Source: Dicyema japonicum
Taxonomy: Eukaryota; Animalia; Dicyemida
Direction of reading: 5' to 3'
Length of the DNA stretch: 64,000 nucleotides
NCBI GenBank assembly: GCA_011109175.1
Contig: RDEW01000018.1
Coordinates: 617,304-681,303 of the forward strand
Below are positions 53,290 through 64,000 of the stretch, one piece after another. The first letter of the stretch is position 1. The number at the start of each line of letters is the position of its first letter. Below the pieces are notes generated by a model. The model was not told the origin of the DNA and ran no database searches. It worked only from the letters and a program-made list of their open reading frames with translations. A program made the position numbers and the translations under genes.

Positions 53290-54500
53290 GGTAAAATGTA
53301 TGTTAAAATGTCACGGGAGAACAGATGGAAAGTTAACGAGCTCATTATAATTAAGTAAAATGTAAAGTGATGTTGTTGAGGGGATACTTAAAAACGTGGA
53401 GTCATGTGTTCATCATATTTTGTACAACTGGGGGTTAGATAGTCTCCGTCTTTTGAAGCGAAGACGATATTATTGTCGTATGCGAGCAGTATGTGCAAGT
53501 TGAAAAGTGCTGGCGATAGTGGAAACAATGTGAACTTTATTGGATATATAGCGAGTCCTCGAGCTCAAAAATGGAGTGGGAGAAAGTGGTGAGGATGGGG
53601 AATGAAATGTTCAAAAGGCGTGGTTGGATTTAAGACTAGGATTTATTCTTGATACATTCGATAGTTAGTTTCCCTAAGATTCGGAAAAGAGGATGACTTT
53701 AGAAGGAAAATCGACTAACAGACGGAATCCTGCCTCTGGAGTTGGGAACTATTGAGATCTTAATAAAGTTATAAATAGTAAACATGATTCAGTCAACGAA
53801 TCTTCGGCTTAATGCTTTTTAAATGAATTTTGGGAATTGGGAAAATTTTTTTTGTGAGATAAGAGAGCACAGTTAGTTGAGGCACTCCGCACTTCCATAA
53901 TCATATGAATTATTTGGGTTTCACTTGTACCATACCCCCTAATATCTTTTCTTTTAGTTTATTCTTTCTTACATATTTCAAGGTATAATCATGATCCAGA
54001 AAAAAAGAAAATGTGACTCTCATCCTTCCAAAAAAACCTCCAATTCCACATGATTAAAAAGTCTTCCATGATAAAGTTTATGGTGTCACCTTATCTAAAC
54101 GGAAGGCAGTTTTTGATTAAAAAATTTCTCTAAATGTGGATTTCATTGTGAGGTTCGGGGGAAATTTTTAATCGTACTCTTTAACTTGTACATACTTGAC
54201 ATGCAACCACCTCCAGAGGAATACTGCCTTCTCCACTCATACGCCAATGACGGTGACTATCTGGCTGCCACTCTGGAAGTGAACACCTTGGTTTGCTCAA
54301 TTGCGTCTTCAAGTATATCCTGCGAAGTCTATTCCAACCACGCAAAAACACTGCGGCACCATTCTCAATATCCCCACAAGAACATGACTACTTTAATTTT
54401 ACTTAACTCTACTTTTTATAGCGGATTCGATGGGGTTTACATAACTTCTTTTAGCCCACTAAGATTAGTCAAAATAATGTTCCAAACATAATGGTATGCA
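53290..54500. mobile_element. Two short degenerate LINE RT fragments (53290-53560 minus, 53990-54500 plus)
   Basis: SPALFNLH..AYDNNIVFASKD and VLFNLYILD..SYAND. Confidence 0.6.
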
Positions 54501-54559
54501 AATAATGTGTAGTTCTTTTATGGCTATGGTATTACAAAATCATGTAACATGCGTTCGAT

Positions 54560-56730
54560 TCGATGGCGTTAAAACTCTCTTGAGTTGGTAAAAATGTTAA
54601 AAGGAAAAAAGGAGAAGGGTCACTTGCGTTACCAGATGGTATGAATTTAATTCTTGCCATATCCGAGAGCGTTGTGGCAGCTGACCCAAAAGAATGGGCG
54701 AAGCAGGTAGTCCTGCAGGTACGTGGCAGGCTATTCCAAATGCCTGGAATGGTTGGCCATACTTGGCGGAGCTCTGCAGTAGCAGATTCATTACTGCTAT
54801 ATCTGTGAGTGAACTCAAGAAAATGGCTGTAGGCAAAGAGGGTACTGGTCTAAAGGGGCGGGGACCAGATGACCACAGCTGTCAAAGAGAGCATGAGTAC
54901 CAGAGCTGTGATAGGTTGCAGCTCAAGCATTTTTTATGAGGTCTTCACGCGGAAATCTCGCTGCAGCGGCAGATGTCCCACTTGAGGACCGTAGATTTAC
55001 CCGCAAGATCCCTCATTGTAAGGTTTACGGAGTAGTGTTAACCTGTATCAATAAGCTGTGGCTTATGCGGTGGAAGATAAGGCAGTAGGATCACTGGGTG
55101 ACATCTCCCTAGTGCTGTATGTGCACAGATCATCTATGAGGAATTGACGGACAAGCCCAGACCAACCAGTAAATGGAGAAAGCAGAATCTGTGCCAAGAT
55201 TGCTTGGAGACAGACTGAGCTGGAGGCACTAAAGGCACATAAGTAGTAGTGGCGAGAGGGTTAGAAGAAAAGCACCGTCTATAGTAAAGGGCCTAATTAG
55301 TAAACTCCGTGTTCCCTAATGGGACCTCAAAGAGTTGAGGAGGGCAAAGGTGGAGTTAGAGGGGGCAATAATGGTGTATATGAGGAAACTCTATACACAT
55401 GAAAGTCGGTGTACGAGAAGGAGAGAAAATAATCTGTTTGAGTTGTTTCAGTACAAATCCTTTTATCGATGACCTGAAGATGTATGCTCGAACAGCCGAG
55501 AGCTCTATCCATGGGGTCTGTGTTCTTTGAGAGCATAGGACAATTTGAATTATTCAAAGTCAGTGACTAACACCCAAGTATGTAGCGAGTTAGTAAGAGT
55601 CCTAGTGGAACACGAAAGATATAAGTATCTGGGTATTACCGAAACTCCAAAGTCTCTTATAATGCCTGAGATAGACAAATTACTGAAGGCAGCCGTAAAA
55701 GAGCAGCTTTATTATGTAAGACGTCTCTAAATGCAAGGAATTTGTTTTTAGCATTAAATGAGTATGCTGTCTCGCTGCTAAACTACTACATAAGTGTTGT
55801 GGAGTTTGAGCCCAAAAAGTATGATGAGATGGATGTTATGATCCGTGGAGTACTCAGAGAGAACCATGTCCATGTGCGGCAGCCAATAAGGAGAGACTAT
55901 ATTTACCCCGTGAATAATCGGCCGTGGACTGTGTGGAGTAGTCCAACTAAGTGAGCGTATCCTAATGTGAATGCACGACACCTGATAATAATAATAACAC
56001 GCAAAGACCACGGTTATATCTTCAGCTGGGACAACCCACATGTCACCTTAATCGTCGACATATGCTAAAATACGTGACAACTCACTTCTATCGAGGCGAT
56101 GTACACGTATATGCAAGACCGCAATATTTTTTTGGTCGATCAACAAATGCATGTCCCCATTGTAGTCAACAGGCATGTCGGTTGATCATTTAGCCACTGG
56201 TGCGGATCTATGCTCTGCCACGAACTGTGTGGAAGCATAACGAGAGTAAGAGTCTTCATCTTTTACTATGCAATAAGTATGATTCGTCACACAGAAAGTT
56301 GCGGACTCATAAGTGCAATCTGTACTAGAGAACACAGGTCCAAATTAAGTATAGACAGTGTTATCCGTATCTCGGTGCTAGTCAAGCACAATAAACGCGA
56401 CATTGTTATACACGATAAAGAGTCTGGTCAAGCTATTACGTCTCAAGACCGTTTGCAGACTGTGGAGTGGAGAAAAAAGAGGAAGTAATGACTTGTTGCA
56501 AACGAGATGGGCAGATAGTTGCAAGTCCTCGTTATTTCAATAGTAAATGACGTAAGAAGGAATTGCAACAAAGTACAACAAGGTTATCTAAGCATTAGGG
56601 TAGATAGGAAGCTCCAGGCCTATCTACAGTCCACTGTATTAAAGGGTTCATAAGAGCCTGACACTGGAGTATAGAGCAGAGCCCGAGATGCCACATTGGG
56701 CAGAGGGTTCAATTGACAAGGCGCTCTCGA
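54560..56730 (+). mobile_element. Degenerate R4/Dong-like RLE retrotransposon
   Basis: LFIDDLKMYA, YKYLGITE, ALNEYAVSLLNYY, QDRN, KHNKRDIVIHDK, ITSQDRLQTVE..K.RK.DLLANE. Confidence 0.85.
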
Positions 56731-56749
56731 GTGTTTCAGCAACTAGATT

Positions 56750-57099
56750 AACCTGCCTGATGGTGTGACGTCCTCGTTTCTTCCTGTACAACGGTTAAGA
56801 AAAAATCTGAAAAACTCATTATACAATCAACTCAGGCTAATGACGTTCAACGTACGTGGAATATCGAAAATTGACAAGGAAAGTACTTCGTGACGATCTC
56901 GAGAAATAATAAAATATCTATTAGCTGCTACAGAGACGAAAATCGAAAATGACGCGATGAGACATGGAACAACTACCGACTGATTCTTCACAACTGAATG
57001 CAAGCACGCATGGATTTGCCCTACATGAATTATCTCAAAAAATTACATCGCTATTAGAAAGTCAACGACCGAATATGTGTCCTACAAGTCAAACTAAAT
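56750..57099 (+). mobile_element. RTE-like endonuclease 5' fragment
   Basis: LRLMTFNVRGISK; similar to 37.5 kb. Confidence 0.6.
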
Positions 57100-59418
57100 G
57101 GGTTGTAGGAAAAAAAGTCAAGCGGAAAAAAGTCAAGTCGTCTTTTTTTAGTTATATCGCATTTTTTATACTAGAAGTCCCGTAAGCGGAAAAAAGGTCA
57201 AGCGGAAAAAAAGTTTTTTTTTTTTGAAAATTTTTCCCTTATAAATTTTCGAAATTTAGCGCAAAACGGAAAAAAAGTCAAGTCCGTTAATTTCGTTACG
57301 GACTTGACTTTTTTTCCGTTTATAAAATAAGATTTTTATTCATGATCGTTTCATTTTAAAGTAAGCGAGTTTAGAATAACAAATTATTTAAATAGTTAAT
57401 TTTGGCTAATGTTAATGAATTAAAATGTCCCGCCACAACTAAAACTACACGTGGTGGAAATAAATTCTAAAAATAAAACAGATTTTTTCTACTTTTAAAA
57501 TTTTTTAAAATGTTATAAACATATGATTTTTATTTAACGAGAATCAAGGGATTATTTAATGTGAATCAAAAGAATATTTAATATTCCATGCAATTGCTTT
57601 TAGGGCTTCTCCTACTGTTTTTTTCCGTCCTGGCGATCCAGACATATATTTAAAAGCCTTTTTTGTCTATCAATCGTTTTTTTATTTGTTCTTGTTGAAA
57701 TTCTTTTTCCAAAGGAATCCTGGTCAATAATAGTTTTCGTCATTTTTTCTTCTTTTTGGAATGACGATATAATATTCCATATCGATGGATGACGATATCC
57801 CGTCAAATTGTATAATTTATTGTTCCACCCTTCACAATAGTTATTTGTTCTTTGTTTATTATTGAGTGTAGCTTCATACACATTCCATAAATTTGGAGGA
57901 AACAATGGAGCAATGTGCTGTATTCTAACAGCTAAGGGTTTTCTCGATCATTTAAGCAACGATAATAACCGCGAACATATGTTCTATCAAAATAATCTAA
58001 TATATATTTTGAATCTGGAACATTTTCTGGCATATTATTCATTAGGAATTCTATTCCTTCTTCCATATCTTGAATGGGTAAAAATGCAAGAGCGTCTATC
58101 ATTGCGCAAAAAATGTTAAAATTAATATTTTCTTTATATTGTTTTACTAGATGCAATTCTTGAATTTTTCTCCAGGTTGACTGTCTTAGATGATAATAAC
58201 ATCCTCTAATATGTATTCGTCTCCCAAATACTGCAAGGACAGCTCGAAATACCGAATCTTCAAAGTCTGCCATAATAGTTTCAAGACAAAATTCCAAATT
58301 CAAATTATGAATTGCATTTTGAATAGCCTCAAAAAATTCTTCGTAAATCTTTCGTGATTTAGAAGGTAATATTCCATAAATAACTGTAATTGCACTGGCA
58401 TTGAACTGAATCCTGATAAAATAGATTTGCTTGAAGATACATGGTGCCATGGAGAAATTTCCATCCATATACCATGATTTTGAATTCGCCAATAACGTTA
58501 TATTAGTTTTGGTGCTGAATATCAATATTCTATCGGTTCTTCTATGATTATCATAAATTAAAAAATTTTCTGAATATGGACGAAGAGTTATAGATAAGAA
58601 CGATGGAATATCTCCGAGATCGAAAATATTTTTTGGAATATGTAGAGACAAGGGTTGATTCCTTAGTGTTCGCTTGAAAGAATCTACAGAAGGGAGAATA
58701 ATTCTGGTTGCTGTTTCACATTGAGACACAACCTTTGAATAGATTTGTAAGAAATTTTCTTGACTCGTTTTAGCAATAAGTTTTGCTTCGTTGAACAACT
58801 TCATCAGTTTTATTTGACTTTCGTCAAATTCGTGAATGTGAGAAATTCTTCTTCGGGAAATTCAAAATTATGATCTGTTCTTAGTCTTCCTCTGCATCCT
58901 TGTGAAGATTTTTTACACATTTAAAAATTATATAGTTTTTTGTCCGAGTGCTTTGTATACATAAACCCTTAAAACAAATTTTCTTTCCTCCATTGTTAGT
59001 TGATATTATCTCCATTTTGTCTCTTATTTTTGGGCAAGCATAATATTTAAAATACGCCTAATTATAACCTTAAAATCCGTATTGATTAAGTCAAAAAGAT
59101 TAAACCAGTGAAAAAAGTCAAGGTCAAAAAGATTAAACCAAAGCGAAAAAAGTTAAGTCAATTTTATTATTACCTTGAAATTCTTAAATTGATTTAGTCA
59201 AAGCGATTATACCAAATCCGTTTTGCGCTAAATTTCGAAAATTTATAAGGGAAAAATTTTCAAAAATGGAAAAAAAGTCAAGCGGAAAAAAAGTCAAGTA
59301 TTGAAAAAATTTTTAAAAATTAAAAGATGCTAGTAGTATCACAAAAATGCGATATAAACTAAAAAAAGACACTTGACTTTTTTTCCGCTTACGGACTTGA
59401 CTTTTTTTCCCGCACTCC
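57100..59418 (-). mobile_element. MULE (Mutator) DNA transposon with FLYWCH + DDE transposase, frameshifted; long repeat-rich TIRs
   Basis: WYMDGNF, IMADFE, GCYYHLRQS, RTNNYCEGWNN; inverted ends built from GGAAAAAAGTCAAG units; no matching TSD seen. Confidence 0.93.
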
Positions 59419-59682
59419 TGCTGTTCACCTGGTGGAAGGTTCCACGCATCTACGATGCAGAACTGGTTTGACGAGTGACGCCGTCATCAGTGAATACTCA
59501 CTGCGGAACTGGATTGTCGAAAGGACACTCACACAAGAAAAAGAAAAAAAAGAAGTGAAGATCATTCCTTGGTTCTACGATTAGTTAAAATTAACTGTTC
59601 TTTACTTAAATAAAGTGTGTGTCCTGCCTATGCGGAGCTATAAAATACTATGGCTCTCGTGAAAAGGCTTATTATTATAATA
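59419..59682 (+). mobile_element. SINE family C, head truncated at the MULE end
   Basis: Matches 21062-21277, 28430-28700 and 49790-49960. Confidence 0.85.
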
Positions 59683-59689
59683 CTGAGAC

Positions 59690-61170
59690 TCAAACTTATC
59701 CAGTCGCAATGTATTTTGTTCCAAAGTCCTTTTTAGCCCGAACCTATTTATTAATGTTTTTAATTCATACTTTATTCCCATGTTAAAAGTATATTTACTA
59801 TTATGAACATTCATTTTCCTGTTCATAGCTTTGTAATAATTAGAATTTTCTTCAATCGATTTAATTTCGAGATTGAATCTCTTATCTGACTTATCTAGAT
59901 ATAAATTTTTTAAATCAAACTACGTGAATTTTCAATAGATTCTAGAGTCGAACAATTAACCAAATCGTCAATTTGTTCTGGAATTGCACACTAATCACTT
60001 AAATTATCTAAGTCATAATGTGATATAAGTATAACTATTAATTATTGAATTTATTCCCTTAATTCCTCGATATCTTTCATAAAGGACTTTCGTTAGAAAA
60101 TGAATGGACCGATATGTTATAACTGTAGACAGCACTTTCTAATTTATCAAGCCACTTTTTTTCACTGTTATCCAGCATTTTTAACAACTTCCTCGTGATC
60201 GTCTGATTAATTCTTTCGACAATTCCTTATGCTCGTGGATTGTTAGGCCTTCCGTGAATTTGCTTAATGTTAAAATTTTCGCAAAGTTTTGTTATTTCTT
60301 GATTTTAAATTCAGAACCATTGTCCGACTGAGGAAATTTACATGGCCCATTCAGGCGGAACAAAGATCTTAAGTTTTCACATACTTCTTTACCAGACTTA
60401 TTATAGAGTGGTCGTACGAAAGCGAATCTATAAATTAAAAAAGCAAACCTACTATATATGTCAATGACCGTTAAATTCCATTTGAAGTTTTCATTTAATG
60501 TTGAAAATTTCAGGTCTATTAGATCTACCTGAAAAAGTTCATTTGGAGAAGAAGCAAACACATGGTGATTTATATCTCCAATTATAAAAAATCACGAACT
60601 TTTAAAAGACGCGAAAATTTGCAGACTTCACAATTTCGAATGACTTTTCTGACATTCTTTACAGTGAAGTATCTTTGTCGGCATTCATACTCAATTTTGA
60701 TGACTCCTCCGTGTGAAAAAACGATTTCGCAACATGCTCCATTTCGGTTTCATTATCCAGGGATATGACTAACTTGGAATCATTTGATTTAAGATACAGT
60801 CTAAAATTATTGCAAATTTACAATACCTGTCATTGATAATGGAAAAATTCTCTATCTTCTTTACAAGCCTATATTTTCGGTGACTCGGAAGATTTTCGGG
60901 AAATTTATCATACAAAGCATCTATTAAAGTTTGATATTCAACGCAATCTTTCACAAAACATTTGTAAGAAGCCATTGCAACAAAATAATCTTCTATACTA
61001 TAAATCACGCTAGAAATCTAGGTTTACCGCTATAAAAAAATAAAATCTTTATAATCATAACATTTATGAATAAAAAACTAATTTAACAGGATTAAATTAT
61101 GATATAAATCGGATATACAAAATTAAATGTCGGATAATCAAAAGACTTTTCAAGGTCGAAAAATGTAACA
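59690..61170 (-). mobile_element. Ginger-type integrase DNA transposon remnant with a 26-nt intron
   Basis: HGG..CEVC zinc motif, QVDLID, TVIDIYSRF, QSDNGSEF, GIVERINQT; no RT adjacent; terminus TGTTACA on minus strand at 61170; intron 60801-60826. Confidence 0.8.
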
Positions 61171-61190
61171 GGATGCGTTACGCGCCCATG

Positions 61191-61512
61191 TGACATATTA
61201 ACCCAGGATACACCGAGAAAGAAGTTAAAGTAAATAACTAATTAAGTATATCCAGTTTCCACTTGTACAGAAACAAAGTCCATCCGGAATCAGCATAAAA
61301 GGTAAGACGTCCATTACATGCAGTTGTGGAAACCCTCCTGTGGAGTTGGGGAGAACAAATGATCCTTTTTCGTGCCGGCCTGGCACTGGGCGTCACCTAG
61401 ACAGGTGGATGACATGACGCCACTCTAATAGGAAGAGACAGGAGGAACAGACAAGAAAGCAGAAAACCTCAACCAATTAACCACGCAACACCACATGCGC
61501 CACGCGGCTAAT
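61191..61512 (-). mobile_element. Family B element carrying the LINE 5' signature fused to the LINE 3' tail (RIME-like)
   Basis: Starts AGCCGCGTGGCGCATGTGGT, ends ..ETGYT*-ttagtt..cctgggttaat like LINE 3' ends. Confidence 0.75.
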
Positions 61513-61614
61513 CGCAAAATTTATATTAGAATGTAATATTTTTTTAATTTAATAATTTTTAAATATATTATTAATTATATTTAAAACCCATAATTAATTA
61601 GAATAGATCGTGTC

Positions 61615-62159
61615 ATGTCTATTAATGAAGTTAAAATTGATGTGAATGTGAATAACCAAAATAATGACAACCCAACCATTCTATCTAGAATAAAGAGTGC
61701 CAAACACTTTCAAAGTCAGCTCTTCCTCATTCAAGTCGCCCAAATTGTAATAAATCGCATAAAATTAAGGTGATTGACATCATTGTTATCATCTGTGCCT
61801 CATCAAACTTCGGGTTCGCACTTAGTGGGGGAGTATTTGTCAACTTTGTGGCCTCATCATCTGCAGTACTCATAACCATCCAATTTTTTTTATATTTCAC
61901 AACTCTCAACCAGAAAATCGAGCATAGAAGGTTCACAATTGGAGAATTGGGAGGAAATATTTTGTTTTGTGGCCTATATTTTATTTCTGGTATTATTTCT
62001 GGCGCCAACTCTAACACAAGGTAGAGTGGGGCTTCTCCGGGGGTATTATCGCCACCACAGTTTGTGATGTTGTTATTATAGGTGTTCTGTTGTGTTGCTT
62101 TAGTCGTGAGGGGTTTTTTAACTGTTAGACTCCTCATGTCCTTCAGAATCAGTAGTTGA
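61615..62159 (+). CDS. MARVEL-domain tetraspan membrane protein; tiny introns; apparent 1-nt frameshift near 62020
   Basis: FQSQLFLIQVAQI|VIDIIVIICAS..FVNFVA..ELGGNILFCGLYFISGI..ATT|VFCCVAL; four hydrophobic segments. Confidence 0.7.
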
Positions 62160-63550
62160 TTTATTTTTTAATTAATATTTGGTTTATCTTTCGTTTCCTG
62201 ATTGGTCATAGTGCATTTATAGAGTCTCTCCTTGTCCATCGGAGGGTCGGTGTAGTTAGCCACTATTGTGTCGGATTGGTATTTCTGAGTGCTTATATCC
62301 TAAGAGATTATACTCTAAATATTTGTTGTACAAAATAATTGGAATTATTAGGAATTATTCTTATGTTCTCCGTCCGACTTTGTCGTGGGCAGGAAATCTC
62401 AGGATTGATTTGTGTGTGCAACTGCCTTATGGTTGTAGAGAATATGTGACAATTCAAAATCCCCAATAATGTGTAATTTGATGTTATTATCTTAATTGAT
62501 CCTGACTTTTGATTTTTGCTATTTAATTAATGCTTTGTTGACAGTCAGAAGGGGAGGGACGGTCGTGGAGTGGGAGTAGGGCAGATTATGAGAAAGTGCA
62601 TTGTCAATCATGGTTAATTATTTCCTTAAACAATAAACTTACACAAATCCCTTTACAAAAGCAGATATTAGATTATAATATCAAAATAGCTTATTTATCA
62701 TTTCTGAGAATTTAGATATGAACAAATGCGAGATAATGAACTGTTTATGCATTATGGTTATTGGGTATTAAGCAGATTGCTTCCGCTTAGTCATAGTCGC
62801 CTTCTGAGTGGATGAGAAGATAGATTGCGGGCGATATTGAAATTCTGGAGAATGGAGATGGTCTCCACAGCACGTGTGGGTTGAATTGTCCGCGCAATAT
62901 CTACTGTTTCTTGGTTGGTGGAGCATGAATTGTTAGTAATGTCTATACTTATGTTCCCGAATAAAGATTAATGTGTAATTAGGCAGATGACGTAGTTAAG
63001 TTGGCCTTTATGGTTTTAGTTATAAAATTAAGGTATTTGAAAGAGTCACACTTCGCCTTTGTTCTTCACCTTTTAAGAACTTGATAAATTCCGGAGACTT
63101 AACCTCAAAACATTCCCCTGAATTCACTGGACAATCTCATGATAAGACGAAGAATGTGCTAACTTGAAATATTTGCATCTAAAACAAGCAAACCCTTGAC
63201 TATTGATAATTATGATTTTCATAATAGCACTTACTTGTAGATAATGCAAAACGTTAAATGACTACAACGTAATCTCATAAAATGTAATACGTATATTATT
63301 CTCTTATTACATCATTCGCCCACTTTTGACTATATAGTCAACTATTTATATAAATTATCTACGAAGTTAAAATCCTAAAATGATCTGGAACTAGATTACA
63401 TCTTTAAAGAGATATACCGCCAAACACACGTCAAACCGCACAAGACGTACCTGACAACCAATTCAACACGAAAACCTATTTTTTCTACAGTTTATCGTTT
63501 GTATTTTTGCTTAAGAGAAATCGTCTTGATATCATTTTCTTTCAATTTTA

Positions 63551-64000
63551 CTAATTATTAAAATGATTAAAAATAAAGACATTTTTGAATTTATTAACTA
63601 GACCACGGGAAGCATACGTCGAAGACAGAAAGGCTGGGAGGGCGAGTTTAAGTGGCGAGCGTATCCCAATTCCTCCATAACGAAGTGGTAACTTGCATTT
63701 GGTCCACCATGCTTTATCCAGAGGGATGTTAAGTGTTTCTTCAACAGAGGTCCTCAGCTTCTCATCGATAACTCTCAAGAAATCCATGTCTGTGAAACAT
63801 GGGGACGTCCGTAGAAAAAAATAGGAGTCGGGTAAGGTGAAAATTCTTGAGGATGAAGAGAGAAATGTGGGAGTCCAAAGCCTTTAGATTGTGCGTGAGC
63901 AGCTGTAGGATTCACTCTTCTCCTCCAGGACAGTTGACATGTCATACAGAGGAGAGGAAAATCTCCTTTTCTAGTCGGGTGACTTTGATGTCCTGAAGGC
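63551..64000 (-). mobile_element. CRE-type retrotransposon post-RT fragment (runs off window)
   Basis: LRTSPCF..LRTSVEETLNIPL..KLPLRYGGIGIRSP..LALPAFLSS. Confidence 0.85.

Noticed and set aside
56750-56790. ggtg(g)tgacgtcc motif upstream of two RTE fragments (also near 37460), reminiscent of HDV-like ribozyme P3/L3
   Set aside because: Could not build P1, P2 or P3; too short and degenerate
57110-57320. Short regularly recurring repeats resembling a CRISPR array
   Set aside because: Eukaryotic context, irregular spacing and an inverted counterpart at 59.1-59.4 kb identify them as MULE subterminal repeats
59465-59495. CTGATGA in SINE family C (minus strand) as a hammerhead core
   Set aside because: No GAAA follows the putative stem II in any copy
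61187-61497. Apparent solo LTR (TG..CA with CATG direct repeats)
   Set aside because: The right CATG lies within the LINE 5' signature and the body matches LINE 3' tails; the nearby TGTAACA belongs to the Ginger terminus
62200-63000. Possible additional multi-exon genes (also 28.7-29.2 kb and 51.8-53.3 kb)
   Set aside because: Coding-like pieces, but no consistent exon chain or recognisable motif

Overview
AT-rich eukaryotic nuclear DNA, most likely from a highly reduced animal (myxozoan- or dicyemid-like; inference from 20-30 nt GT-AG introns plus animal-type genes). Host genes recognisable after removing tiny introns: MCM4 (3' part), PRPF38B, a two-RRM nucleolin-like gene, FAM221A, a GH18 chitinase with two CBM14 domains, PHTF, a divergent PIG-T/Gpi16, DBT (BCKDH E2) and a MARVEL-domain gene. 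Roughly half of the window is transposon debris: Vingi/Ingi-like single-ORF LINEs with 2A (StopGo) motifs, three SINE-like families, CRE-, R4- and RTE-type retroelements, and Buster/hAT, MULE, Ginger and Helitron remnants. The most notable candidates are: (1) a duplicated two-gene unit at about 8-10.4 kb pairing an apparently DNA-binding-domain-less nuclear-receptor LBD gene with an unknown ORF under purifying selection; (2) a Vingi-like LINE set with a shared 5' signature, 2A recoding motif and RIME-like/SINE derivatives; (3) transposase genes carrying host-style micro-introns; (4) an R4-type element resembling microsporidian retrotransposons. All homology calls are by eye from remembered sequences; no database searches were run. 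The assembly shows likely artefacts (N gaps, short tandem duplications, single-base frameshifts).
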